In this document: piece by piece, positions 50,508-61,922 of the stretch
Numbering within the stretch: the first letter of the stretch is position 1
How the letters are laid out: every line of letters begins with the position of its first letter
Assembly (NCBI GenBank): GCA_965603825.1
Contig: CBFDEM010000044.1
Span: forward strand, 682,001 to 746,000
Length of the DNA stretch: 64,000 nt
From: Blepharisma stoltei ATCC 30299
Lineage: Eukaryota; Protista; Ciliophora
Reading direction: 5' to 3'
Made by a program: the position numbers and the translations under genes
Notes under the pieces: model-generated
Told to the model about the DNA's origin: nothing
Database searches by the model: none
What the model saw: only the letters and a program-made list of their open reading frames with translations

Positions 50508-53500
50508 TTATCTTGAATCGCGGGGGTATTTCCGCTTATAGCTTTCATGTCTATCAGACCCTCTATCATGCTTTCTGTCATCATAGTCATGATCATGGTT
50601 TCTGTCTCTTCTTGGCTCTTTTCTTGGCCCTTTGGAGTTCCGATCGCTTTCTTCTCGGTCACGGTAGCGCTTTTTCGGCAGTTCCTCGTTGCTGTCGTTT
50701 TCCCTCCTCTTGTCCCCTCGGCTCTCAGCGACAACTTTAAACTTATGGTACTCCTTGCCTGAGTAGTTTTTGGACTCCCCGACCCTTTGTCCAGGCGACC
50801 TTGGCGGTTTTTTGCCTGGAGACATTTGCCGATCTCTTCGTGTATCTTTTTTGGGTGACGGTCTTTGTGGTCTAGGTGATGAAGGTTTTTCTGCATGAGG
50901 AGAAGCGCTTCGTTTTCTTGACTCGTCTTTGGGAGGAAGCGCTTTGGATGGGGATGGTTTGACGACGAATTTTTTTTCAAGCTGCTCATAGTAACTTAAA
51001 GCTAGAAGCTTAAGGTCATCTAATTCAGATTCCTTTAAAGGGCTAACACTTACCATAATATCACTTGCCAGCTGCTTCGAAGTTGGGAATTCTGCTAAAA
51101 TTTTTCATAGCACGTATAAGGCATTTTTCTGGACTATGTGGGAGTTTCCTTTGAGAGCTGTGCAGAGGTTGATGCTGATTTTGGCTTGGAGCTGCTGAGT
51201 CTGACTGATAAATATCGCCTGTGTGGGGATCTGAGAAAATCCTGGAGTGCCTTTGCATTCTTTATCAAAAACCCGAGTCCAGCGGCCTAGAAGTGAAAAC
51301 AGTTCAAAAGCGAATAGTCCCATGTTTTGAGATTCAGCTTCGCTACAACAGTAAATGCATGGGATGATCTGAGAAATGCATTCAGAAATCAGCTGCATGG
51401 TCGGGAATTCAGGAATTTTCAGTTTTTGCATTATTTCAATGAAGCTTACACAGTACATAGCATCAACAGGGCTGCACATTAGTCTTGGGTAAATGCATTT
51501 CTGGACAAGCTGGGATGCTAAATTCGGGTTGGCTGCTAAATTTGCTCGCTTTTTGATTTCGTCATAAAAATATGTATGGGTCACTCTCAAAAAGCTTTTT
51601 TCTACCTCCAGCTCGTTGATTTGGTTCTGGATTTTCTGTTTTTTATCACCATTTTGCTTTTCGCTGATTTCATGCAGTGCTTTTATTTCTTCAATATATT
51701 GCTCTTCTGATGCTTTTATGTCAGTTAATGAAAGTGCCCAAAACACTGTATAAAATTCAATAGGGATTTCGCATTCTTCTGTAATTGATTTAAATTGCAC
51801 AATTAAGTCGTCGAATCCTCGGATAATGTCAATGCCAGGTCGGACAATACACATAATTAAGTGGATGGGAAGGCCATAGTCTCGCTTTAGGCTGATTATA
51901 GGCTGTGGAGGGAGCAATTTGCTTGAAAAGATTTCATGGTCTGTGAATTGTAAACTTAATAAATCAATTAGATGGACTATGCAACCAATTAAACTATCAT
52001 ATAAAGAACTCAGCACTTTCAAATGTGGGGTGTTTGTTTTAAATAATACATTTTGTGCCTGCTGCCCAGCCAAAATTGCAAGCTCAATTGCACAGCTCAA
52101 TCCACCAATTTCTAAAGGCTGCTGAAGCACTTTGCATAGCTCTTCTGAGCTTTTTTTGGTTTTTGTCCTTACATCATCCAGTTTATGTGCTATCACTTTT
52201 AGCTTTGGCCCTGCCGCTAAACTTTTGAGCATTCTTTCAGTAAGTTTATCTGGTGGGTTCCAGCCTGACATTTTGGTTAAAATTTCTCTTAAAATACATA
52301 CTTCTACAACCTGGCTATTTTTTAGTGACTCTTTTACAAAGGTCAAAATCCCTACAAGCTCTGTCTTACAGTTAACCTTATAAAACTCCCCCACAAAATT
52401 TGCAATATTTTTCAGCCAAGGCGCAATTCCACCCCTTTCTAATTTTGGCTTTGTAATGGTAGAAAGGGCTTGGAGTATCGAGTATGGGATCACGTCAAGA
52501 AATAAGAGATTTGAATGAGGAAAACAGTTGATGAGGATCGTGGTCAGGTTATTGTAGCTTGTGACTTGGAAAATCATTTCTTTTATGACGTGGCACATAC
52601 TTTTGTTCATGAACTTCTGCAGTGACTTGCTGTCTTGCTTGTTGTTTTCTCTTGAAAGTCTTTTAATCCACGCACGTGTTTCTTTTATCTATCTGTAAAT
52701 TATACCGTGATTCCTTGTTTAACGAGGACTAAGCCGTCTTCTTGATGGTTTTTCCAGACTTCGTACAAGTCATATCTTTCTCGGTACGACAGCACTTGTA
52801 GAGCTTTTCATAAGCCTAGCATCACCTCGTTAGAAGCTAGAGAAAGCCCAGGCAAAATGGCTGTTTTCATGAGTTGGATTATTTTTGCTTTGTCTTCACA
52901 ATGCTGGAGGATCTTGCAGACTTTTACAAAGGCATCAGTGTTAGCGCCTATTGATGCTCCTAAGACTGGAAGAATTGTATCAAGGCACTCAAGGGCTTGG
53001 CTGATTGAAGAAGCTTGGGAGATTGGTCCTGTTGGGAAATTAGGAGGCTTTGCTGAAGAAAATAGTGGCTTAGGCAGGGTTTGGTAGATTGGGTCAACAA
53101 CCCAATGAATTAAGTCACACAAAGCATCAACCATAGGTGGGTAATTGGCAACTAGAATTTTCCCTTGGAACCTTTCGAAGACTTCTTTTACAACTGGCCA
53201 AGCATTCACTCGGATTAGCTCAGAAAGCACTGCTAATTTTTGGTTATTTGGGTCTGGACTATTGAAAACCTCTAAATCTTGTTCTTGCTGAGAGCAGTCC
53301 CCATTGAGCACCACAATGTCCATGTTCCTTCGAATTGACTGTGCAAAGGCTTGATAATCTGATAAGCACGCCGCCAGACTTTCTGGCTTCAAATACCCCC
53401 ACAAAGACTCTAAAGTCATAAGCTGGCTTTTTATGCACAAAGCCGCAATATGGGCTAATGGTAGCATATCAGTCGCCGAATTCTGAAACTTGAACCCAAA

Positions 53501-54085
53501 GATATGGCAGAGCGCATGGGTATTTATCGTCGTCAAAAGCTGCAAAAGCTCCTGGTCCTCTGGGTGTATCTCGAAAATTGCGATTGCTAAATCAATTACT
53601 CTGTTCGGGTCAAGATTATACGCCCCAATTAGTTCTTGTGCAGCTTCCAGCTTGCCAGGGGAGTTGAGCGCATAGAGCAGCCTGGTGTATCCTTCTGGCT
53701 CTTCTCTCATCAGGTTGTATTTCTGCTGAACGTAGCTAATTGGCTCTTACATCATGGTTGTCCGTAATTTGTTCAAGCGGTCTCTGAAGACTTTTGCGGT
53801 CGAAATCAGTTCGCATTGCTCGAGGACTGGTTCGTCCAAATAAGCCAAGCAGTCTTCTCCAGTAAGAAAAGAACGGGCTAAAACAGCTTCAACAATTCGG
53901 GAATAGCTGGCATGTTGGTCAGAGCTCAAGTTTTCCCACTCAAGCCCGAGTAGCCACAATGCGTCACAAAGATCTTCCCTATGCTGCTCTAGGAGTCCAT
54001 AGTTCAAGGGCGAGCCATCAAAAACACACTTTTGGAGATGAGCGTAAAGTTGGCTGAGTAAATTATACAAACTCTTTTCTTCCAT
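50508..54085 (-). CDS. THOC2: THO complex subunit 2, ~1181 aa; exons 54085-53751, 53735-52706, 52688-50508
   Basis: Four track ORFs join via a 15-nt intron, TGA 52808, a 17-nt intron and TGA 51105. This restores YVQQKYNLMREEPEGY, YNLDPNRVID, LWKALQVLSYRERYDLYEVWK, KRLSREN, CIYPR...SPVDAMYC and a charged R/D/K-rich tail. Confidence 0.9.
52689..52705 (-). other. 17-nt spliceosomal intron (GTATAATTTACAGATAG) in THOC2
   Basis: The only nearby GT-AG removal I found that restores frame (KQGIT|IKETRAWIKRL). A at -6 from the 3' end. Confidence 0.75.
53736..53750 (-). other. 15-nt spliceosomal intron (GTAAGAGCCAATTAG) in THOC2
   Basis: Removal deletes an in-frame TAA and gives TTMIYVQQKYNLMREE. Confidence 0.9.
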
Positions 54086-54404
54086 TTAATTATTATTAAC
54101 TGATGCTTTTTGGATTGAAAAGGCAGTGAATTCTGAAGGAGAAGGCTTGGGCTCGAGTTTGAGAGAATTTCATACCCTTTTTAAATTATTTGTATAGGGA
54201 TTTATGTGAGGGTATATAAGGAGGCGGCATATATAAAAAATAGACTGAGTTTTTTTTTGATAAAAAGTTTGTCTGGTTATTTTGGTTTATTACATAGAGA
54301 AGAAATAAGCGAATATAGATAAAAGATAACAAGCCTTCAAATATAGCTATTTATTAAACATATTTGTTATTTTCACCTATTTCTTCAACAGTCTAAATAA
54401 TATA

Positions 54405-55448
54405 ATGGAGTCAGAGACAATGAACTATAAATACCTTGGAAATTCTGGTCTCAAGGTGTCTGTCCTCGGTTTTGGGAACATGACAAGTGGCTGGGCAGAA
54501 GGAACTGAGCAGTGGAACTTTGAATGTATGAATAAATGTGTCAGGGGTGGCATCAATTTCTTCAACACTGCAGAAGTATATGGAATGGGATCAGCTGAGA
54601 CCATCCTCGGCAATAACCTAAAGCAAGGAGGCTGGGATAGAGACGATCTAATCATCAGCACAAATTTAATCCCTACCAAAGTTATAGGAATTCAAGGATT
54701 AAGCAGAAAAAGGCTTCGTCAAGCCATAAATCACTCCCTCCAGCGGCTTCAGTTAGACTATATCGACGTTCTTTATCTCCATAGATTTGACTATGAAGTC
54801 CCTCTTGAAGAAACCATAAGAATCATCAACGACTTAATTGATGACGACAAAGCGTTTTATTGGGGAACTTCAGAGTTCACCCCTCAGCAACTGTCTGAAT
54901 GCCACAGAATCTGTGAAAAGCACGGCTGGATCCCACCAATTGTCGAGCAAGCACAGTATCATATGTTTGAGAGAGAAAAAATAGAAAGAGATTATGTCCC
55001 TATTTTTAGAGAATATGGGATGGGGACTACTGTTTGGAGTCCTTTAGCTGGAGGACTTTTATCAGGGAAGTATAATGATGGAAAAATTGTTCCTGGGAGA
55101 GCTGAGAGTGGCTTAGCTGCAGCAGTTTATAAGCAGAAATTTGATAATTATATTGGGAATAGAAAAGAGGACGCTGTAAGAACTTTGAAGGGGCTGCAAA
55201 GTTTGGCTGAAGAGCTTGGATGTACGCAAAGTCAACTGGTTTTGGCTTGGGTTATTAAAAATCCTGATGTGACGACTGCAATACTTGGGGCTTCTTCTCC
55301 AGGACAGTTAGATGAGAATTTAGCTGCAGTTGAAGTTGTGAAAAAAATTACTCCTGAAGTGTTGGCTAGGATTGAAGATTTACTAGGAAATCGTCCCAAT
55401 CCTTCTATGAATTGGAGAACTTTCACTCCAAATCCACCTCGGCGCTAG
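54405..55448 (+). CDS. Aldo-keto reductase, voltage-gated K+ channel beta-subunit (AKR6)-like, 347 aa, with substituted catalytic Asp and Lys
   Basis: YLGNSGLKVS, GLSRK, SLQRLQLDYID, AFYWGTSE, PPIVEQAQY, WSPLAGGLLSGKY and ILGAS. FNTAEVY and ISTNL replace the usual FDTAEVY and T[ST]K. Confidence 0.9.
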   Translation: MESETMNYKYLGNSGLKVSVLGFGNMTSGWAEGTEQWNFECMNKCVRGGINFFNTAEVYGMGSAETILGNNLKQGGWDRDDLIISTNLIPTKVIGIQGLSRKRLRQAINHSLQRLQLDYIDVLYLHRFDYEVPLEETIRIINDLIDDDKAFYWGTSEFTPQQLSECHRICEKHGWIPPIVEQAQYHMFEREKIERDYVPIFREYGMGTTVWSPLAGGLLSGKYNDGKIVPGRAESGLAAAVYKQKFDNYIGNRKEDAVRTLKGLQSLAEELGCTQSQLVLAWVIKNPDVTTAILGASSPGQLDENLAAVEVVKKITPEVLARIEDLLGNRPNPSMNWRTFTPNPPRR

Positions 55449-55911
55449 TTAAATTATGCATAAAGGGTGGATATATCTAACCTTTTTAATTATAATCTTA
55501 TAATATTGAAGTTAAAATATTAAAAATTGGAATGAGAAGTCTTATAGCAAGCAATTATTATTAATACAAAGAAAAATAAATTTAATTAATAAGCTCGGAA
55601 TCATCTGCTGATTAAAAAATAACCTTTTAGGCATATTTTTCACAATTTCAGAATTCTCAATATTCCATAAAGCATCAGATTTTGACTGTCTGGCATTATT
55701 AGGCAGCACAGCTGGTGCTTAATAGTAAAAATTAGTATTGAAAGATAATGGTAATAAGCCTAAATTTAGCTGCTTATAGCATCTCATTCATTAAATATTA
55801 AAAACTTACAAAAGGTTTAAAATTTTAATTTTCTTGCAAAATATATATAAAATACACAAATTTTCTTTGCATTTTTCATCTCACAAGTATTGTAAGCAAG
55901 AATAGTTAGGA

Positions 55912-56209
55912 TTACTTCTTTATATGCTTTGTTCTTGCTGCTGGGGTAGTCCCTTCTCTGAATGCGTTCTTAGCTCTTCTTGGGATTGACTTTAGGTATC
56001 TCATTCTTCCGGTTCCTTCTCCTCTTCTCCTGTGGGTCTTGAGAGCCCAGTTATAGTGTCTCATCTTAGCACTTGGATAACCACAGGATGCGCACTCCAA
56101 TGTTTGCTTATGCAGTGATCGTTTCCCGCAACGTCTGCAAACTGTGTGAGTGTGGCTGTTTCTCTTTCCTGCGCTTGGAGTTCCTTTTGTCTAAATAGTC
56201 TCTTACCAT
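55912..56209 (-). CDS. RPL37: 60S ribosomal protein L37 (eL37), 93 aa; ATG is a separate exon
   Basis: ATG (56207-56209) + 16-nt intron + [39 protein letters not shown]...GTGRMRYLK. Confidence 0.95.
56191..56206 (-). other. 16-nt spliceosomal intron (GTAAGAGACTATTTAG) in RPL37
   Basis: Lies directly after the start codon; removal gives the canonical MTKGT start. Confidence 0.92.
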
Positions 56210-56359
56210 TCTCCTGAGAAATTAATGCCATTAATCTGATTTTTAGGTTCGATCGATTAGAGTTTTATGGGTTTTTCAGCTCAATAAATAATTGATAAAA
56301 TAGAATTATAGCCCTATAATTAATTTTATCTTATAGACATATGGCTAGAAGAATTAGAT

Positions 56360-56848
56360 CTAACTCTCTGTTAATTTATACCATTTCTCTATCTCCGTTT
56401 TCTTCAAATTTACTGTGATTCGGCTTTTCCTGATTTTGTAGTTGCTTTGGCTTGGATCAATATTGTGGGTCAGGTTTTTCAAAATCAGCTTCCTGGTTTC
56501 TGCTTCTGAGAAATCGTAGGTCAAGGCAAATTCTTTTGTGTTGAATGTACAGGAAATCAGCTCTGCCTTTACTTCTTCTTCAAAATTTATGTAAAGTGTC
56601 ACTTTGTCATCATCTTCAGCCCAGGAGTAGTTTCTTATGTTTACAATTTGAGGGGTGACTTGTCGTGCTGCCTCTGCAGGAGCATCTTTTGTGATCAAAA
56701 CTGGAGGGCCGCCAGTCACAATGCCTACACCTTCTAAAACTTTGGCTTCTTCAGGAATATCAATGTTTCTAGGAGCGTGGGCGTAGTAATAAGACTTGTC
56801 GCCTTTTTTCTTGATTGATTCCATGAGCGCGTTTTCGCTTTCGACCAT
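56360..56848 (-). CDS. CS-domain (p23/SGT1/CacyBP-like) co-chaperone, 162 aa
   Basis: IRNYSWAEDDDKVTLYI...LTHNIDPSQS...ITVNLKK...W CS-domain pattern; N-terminal SYYYAH motif. Confidence 0.75.
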   Translation of the reverse strand: MVESENALMESIKKKGDKSYYYAHAPRNIDIPEEAKVLEGVGIVTGGPPVLITKDAPAEAARQVTPQIVNIRNYSWAEDDDKVTLYINFEEEVKAELISCTFNTKEFALTYDFSEAETRKLILKNLTHNIDPSQSNYKIRKSRITVNLKKTEIEKWYKLTES

Positions 56849-57236
56849 TCTAGAAATATGGATTCAATATAATTAACAATTATATTTCATTTTTCTATTA
56901 TTACTCATCTGTTTTAATTCCCTCATGCTATTATTTTCTTAAATAAGGTAGACTAACAGTTTTATTTCTTTAAATATTTTTCTGTTTATTTATAGGAGGC
57001 TTGTAAATCCGCTATCGTCCAATTTATTTGAAGGCAATTTTGGTTCTAAAGGTTTTGATTTTACACTTTTTTCTGTACTTTTTTTATTTTCAGGAATATT
57101 CAAAATTTGCTATTAAAAAATTATATTTTTGCTTTATAATAATGTTTTGAAAAATACTAGCAGCAAAGATGTTTAATTTATGCTATAATATTTAAAATTA
57201 AAATAAATATTCATTTATTACACGTAAAAATATACA

Positions 57237-59081
57237 CTAGCCCTTTTTTTTCCTCGTCGAAGTTCCCGAAGTATTCAAAAAGCTTGTTGGAAGTCTTGAT
57301 ATATCACCCAAGCTAAGTTTTTGCTCATGCCTTGGCTCATTTGAATGCTGAGCACTATTTCCTCTATTTACAGTATCTGATTTTTTTATCAGATTTTCTT
57401 GAACTCAATGGTGCCTAATTGCGTCATCAGGAGTCATCCTCTTCATAGGATCCCACTCAAGGCATGCTTCGACTAGTTCAATAAACTCATTATCTGCCCC
57501 TCTCAAAATGTCTCTCAATGATTTTGAACTAGGGTACCTCTTTTTTCCTCTTGAATTAGTAATTATCTTTGGCTGCCCAAAAGGATCAAAAAACAGCTGC
57601 TTTCTTGTAGCACCTGCCAAGACTTCTTTAGATGGCATCCCAAGTACTTCCATAATGCACAAAATCTGTTCTGCTTCACTTTCTCCACAGAACAGCGGAT
57701 ATCCAGTAAATAGTTCAGCTAAAATGCATCCAAAACTCCACATATCAATCATGGTCGAGTATGGAAGTCCTAGTATTATTTCTGGAGCTCTATAGAACCG
57801 GCTTTGGATATATGTGTATATTTTTTCGTCCTCAAAACAAGATGAGCCAAAGTCAATAACTTTTAAAGAAGAACGGTTCGGCTGCTTAAGCAAAATATTT
57901 TCTGGCTTAAGGTCACAGTGAATAATATTATATCGCTTTAGCAGCCGCAGGGTTTGAAGAATCTGAAATGCGAATCTTTTGATTAAATTTATACTGAGCC
58001 CGTGGAAATTATTTCCTTTTAAAAAGTCGTATAGATTTATGCTGAGCATCTCAAAAGTTAAGCAGAGATGATGTCTGAATTGAAAATAGTCTGCAATGTG
58101 GACGATATTGTAGCTTTCATTTGTATCTTTTTCTTTTAAAAATTTCAAAATTTTTATTTCAACGATACCTTGCTGGTGGAATCTTTGTTTATTCCTTAGA
58201 ATCTTCAGCGCAACATGCATCCTCAGATTATGGTCATATGCTTTCAGCACTATTCCAAAACTTCCTTTTCCTAAAACCTGCACAACTTCATATCTATACG
58301 CAATATGATCTCCTATAACCACTTTATAATCTCCCCTATCGTCATCATAACCATGATTTATCGTATTATTTTCGCTTGTTTTTACCTTATCAGCTCCAGC
58401 CCCAATAAACCATATTTCATTATAATTCACAACTTCATTATACTCATGAGTACTCAAAAACCTCACAAAATGCTTAAGCACCTTTGCCGGAACAACCGGC
58501 AATGTAAGCTGTTCCCATTTTTCCTCTTTTTCCACTTCCATTGAGCTACTGCTGCTTCTAGCCCTTGTAGTAGCCTTTTTGTTATTGTCAATAATATCTT
58601 CAATACCAAATTTGCTTGGAGATTTACATAGTAAGCTTTCTGAAGAGATCCCTCAATCAATTTTTTTGCTTGCAGTCTGCTTAACTGCTAAAGGCTTTTG
58701 TGCAGTATAATTGAGTATTTTGCTCGCTTCAGCTGAGCTATTTAGAGAATTATTGAATGATGCAGTTTCTGATGTCGCTGGGATTTTGTAGCGATTACTT
58801 CTTAATGATGAGTTGGACTGGAGGAATTTTGAGACAGGAAGGGTTGGGATTTCTTGGATATGCTTGCTGGGTTTTGGCTGAGTTGAAACTCGGGGCTGAA
58901 ATTTTGATAAGAGGGTGGATTTGTTTGGACTTAAATTTTTAGCTGAGGCAGATTCAGCATGAATTTGAGGCTTTAGCTTAGAATTTCGGGTTGAGTGTGG
59001 CTGAAAGGTAAATTTGGCTTGCGGGCTATGAGTTGAAGTAGCAGGAAGGTCTCTTGTGGGGTGCTTTGATAACTTGTGCAT
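57237..59081 (-). CDS. Class II DYRK (DYRK2/3/4-like) dual-specificity kinase, 614 aa
   Basis: Track ORFs 58653-59081 and 57405-58541 join through TGA 58653 and extend through TGA 57405 (AIRHHW) to TAG at 57237. DH box YDDDRGDY, GKGSFG, HCDLKPEN, DFGSSC and YTYIQSRFYRAPE. Confidence 0.92.
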
Positions 59082-59157
59082 ATTGCAATTAAAATCAAAT
59101 TTTTACCACTATAGATAATTAACTGCAAAATATATAAATTAGCTAAAATATAATTAT

Positions 59158-61866
59158 TTAGATTTCTCTGTACTCCTTTAGACTTAATATCTTTTGATAC
59201 CCCTTAGAAAAGTTGCGATGGAGTTGATACCATTTTTCATAATTCCTTTTGAACAAATTCATTGTCTCAACGAACTGTGACGCTATTTCATTTCTTGTCC
59301 ACCCATTCCTCCAGGCGCACACATCGAAATTTTCAATCTGATCTAACAAACCCTTAAAGCCTTCAGAAAAGTTTTGCAAATCAAAAGTGGGATTCGTGCA
59401 GCTGCCAGAATTCATTGCTTCTACACAAGCCTTGACCTTTGTATAATCCTCAGTATCTAGCCTAAATCTCTCCTTGTCTGCATATATAGACTCAACAATG
59501 ATTTTTATTTGCCTATAATGCATGTCACTTCTGTCTAATGAAAAGCAGGTTATTGTAGTGAGATGGCCTATCATTTCGACTGCGTTTCTTGTTCGTCCTG
59601 ATTCTAAATCGGTTACTACGATGGTTGCCATTCTCAGAATTATCACTTTTTGGGAATCCCTCATGACATCGGTATAATAGCTTCTTTCAGCTGAAGGATA
59701 CTGAGCCTGATATACAAAAGATTTCAAAGCATCCATAAAATAGCCCAAGTTTAAATAGTTTAAGATATAGAGTGTTATATAAGCTTCTTTCATTACATTT
59801 TTATACTCTTTTTTAAACTTCTCAAAGGATTTCAAGTTATTCGGGCTTAAGTCAATGAATTTGGGTGCTTGATTGTAGGAATTAATGAAAAATTGGCAGA
59901 GCTTTAAATAGATGGGGTCATTTTTATTATAGTTGATAAGGGATCCTTTGTCGGGGTAGTATTCTTGCACACAAGTGTCAAGAATATATCACTTGCATAG
60001 CATCAACTCACCTTTAATTCTCAAAAACACTGAGAAATTTATCAACTCATGCATTATGTTTCCTGCAGTCTTATCCTTCAAAGACTCATAGCTTAAATAC
60101 TGAGTGTCGCACATAGTGTATCTAGAGGTATAGAGGTTTTGGATCTCTTTTAATGCTGAATTCGCTCCAAACTCATTTAGCTGTTCTCACTCTGCAAAAT
60201 TATGAGCCTTTATTTCATTCAGCATTTCAGCTGACAGGTATGTGTAATAGTCATCATTTCCTGGATAATCTGATAAAATAGAATAAGAGCAGTATAAGGT
60301 GTCTTTTGGCTCTGGCTTCAGCTTTGAGTCTACATATACTAAGGAATATGCAGAGGAGCTGCCATCACCGCCAAGGCTTATGCTCATAACTTCATCTTCT
60401 GAAATTTCAGTTACACTTATATCACTGTATTTCCTCCAAATCCCTCTTTCTGAGTCGTAAATAAAAGAATAATAATGGCCTCCTTCAGCACTGCCCTCGT
60501 GGATTAGTATGGAGTGCAGGTAGTATGGAGTTTTCATTAAACCTGGAACCTTATACTGCTGTTCAAGCTCTTTTCTCAATTTCTCTAGCTCAGTCTTCTT
60601 CTTTTCCATTGAAGTCTGGCACAAATTTCGTAGATAAGCAAGCCAGTTGGCAAGGTCTTTCAACGTTTGGCTGTCGACTTCATTGTCCCCTAGGATTCTT
60701 AAATTATCTTGCTGAAACCCATCTTCTGAGCATTCTTCTTTTATAAATGCACTGGCTAACTGCAATATCTCAGGCAGGCCTAGCCCAGAATTTTTGTATT
60801 TAGTAATAGAATCTATTGTTTCTTCCATTGTTTTTATTTGCCTTCTTAGATTTTTCAAAGTCTTATGCTGCCTCTTAGATTCCTGTTTGTTCTTATATAA
60901 AAATCTATCAATATGTATAACTTTTGGAAACTCAAAGCGCTTGTTGATTTTGATAGGCGATCTTTTTTGTTTATCATAGGCCACTCTTTGAATGTGAAAC
61001 AATAAAATAGATGGTGGATTCTCAATCCACACCCTCTGGCATGCAGTCGTTTCACTGCCACTCGGTGTCATAAAATTTTCAATTTTTGTGCTTTTTGAAA
61101 ATTCCCATGCTGTATACAAATCTCCATACTCGACGTCCAGGTTGATTTGTCCAAACACTGCATGGTTTATTTGTGTTGCCTTCCTTCCGAATTCATTGAA
61201 AGTGATAGACTCTATATGCTTTCCATAAAACATATTAGATATCAGTCCATCTAAATTTACCATCATCCCTGAACTAGTTCTATATGATTCATATTCGTCG
61301 TCTATATTACGGTTTCTCATAGCTTCTGATATCCTTGATACCAAAATCATATTAAATTCCCCCACATCTCTTTGGCTCCCTATTTCTATTTTATTTCCAA
61401 AATCATCTGTAATTGAGCTGAGGACAGAGGTAGGGTCTATATATTTTCTGTTGCTTCCTATCATTAAAGCAAAAAGCTTTTGAAGCTGCGAAAGAAGCTG
61501 AAATTTGCTGCTGGTCACCCTTTGTGGGATTTGAAAGCTCATGACTGCTTTTACGAAAGCTGGGATTGCAAAATAGGTTTGGATTAAGGAGTTAAAGTAG
61601 CATGTGTTTCCGATGTTTTTTAGGCCAACTGGGGTCCCTTCAACCCTTATACGCTCTTCAGGGTTTAGAGGCTCAAAGGCATTCAGATCATTAATTGCTT
61701 TCTGAGTGTTATACGTCTCATAATGGCTTTGATTGTTTTTATCTACAAGCCAGTTTAATGCAGCGTCAGAGCCAGTCCCACATAGCTTTAGTGCTTTCTG
61801 AACGTCTGCAAGTGAGAAGCCCATCCTTGTGAGCTCTTCTACTTTAGCGCTATTATAGTTTTCCAT
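59158..61866 (-). CDS. UBA-domain ubiquitin-specific protease (USP25/28-like), 902 aa
   Basis: UBA (LTRMGFS...KAL...ALNWL), Cys box GLKNIGNTCYFNS, QRDVGEF, a coiled-coil insertion and His box LIHEGSAEGGHYY. Joined to 59158-59970 through TGA at 60187 and 59989. Confidence 0.88.
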
Positions 61867-61922
61867 GCTTAAAAATATATAGAAAGATTATTTTTGATTA
61901 GCCAATCTTGTGTAGATGTGAT

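Noticed and set aside
54100-54235. Two short upstream ORFs and a 7-bp inverted repeat ahead of THOC2
   Set aside because: Lengths expected by chance; transcript start unknown.
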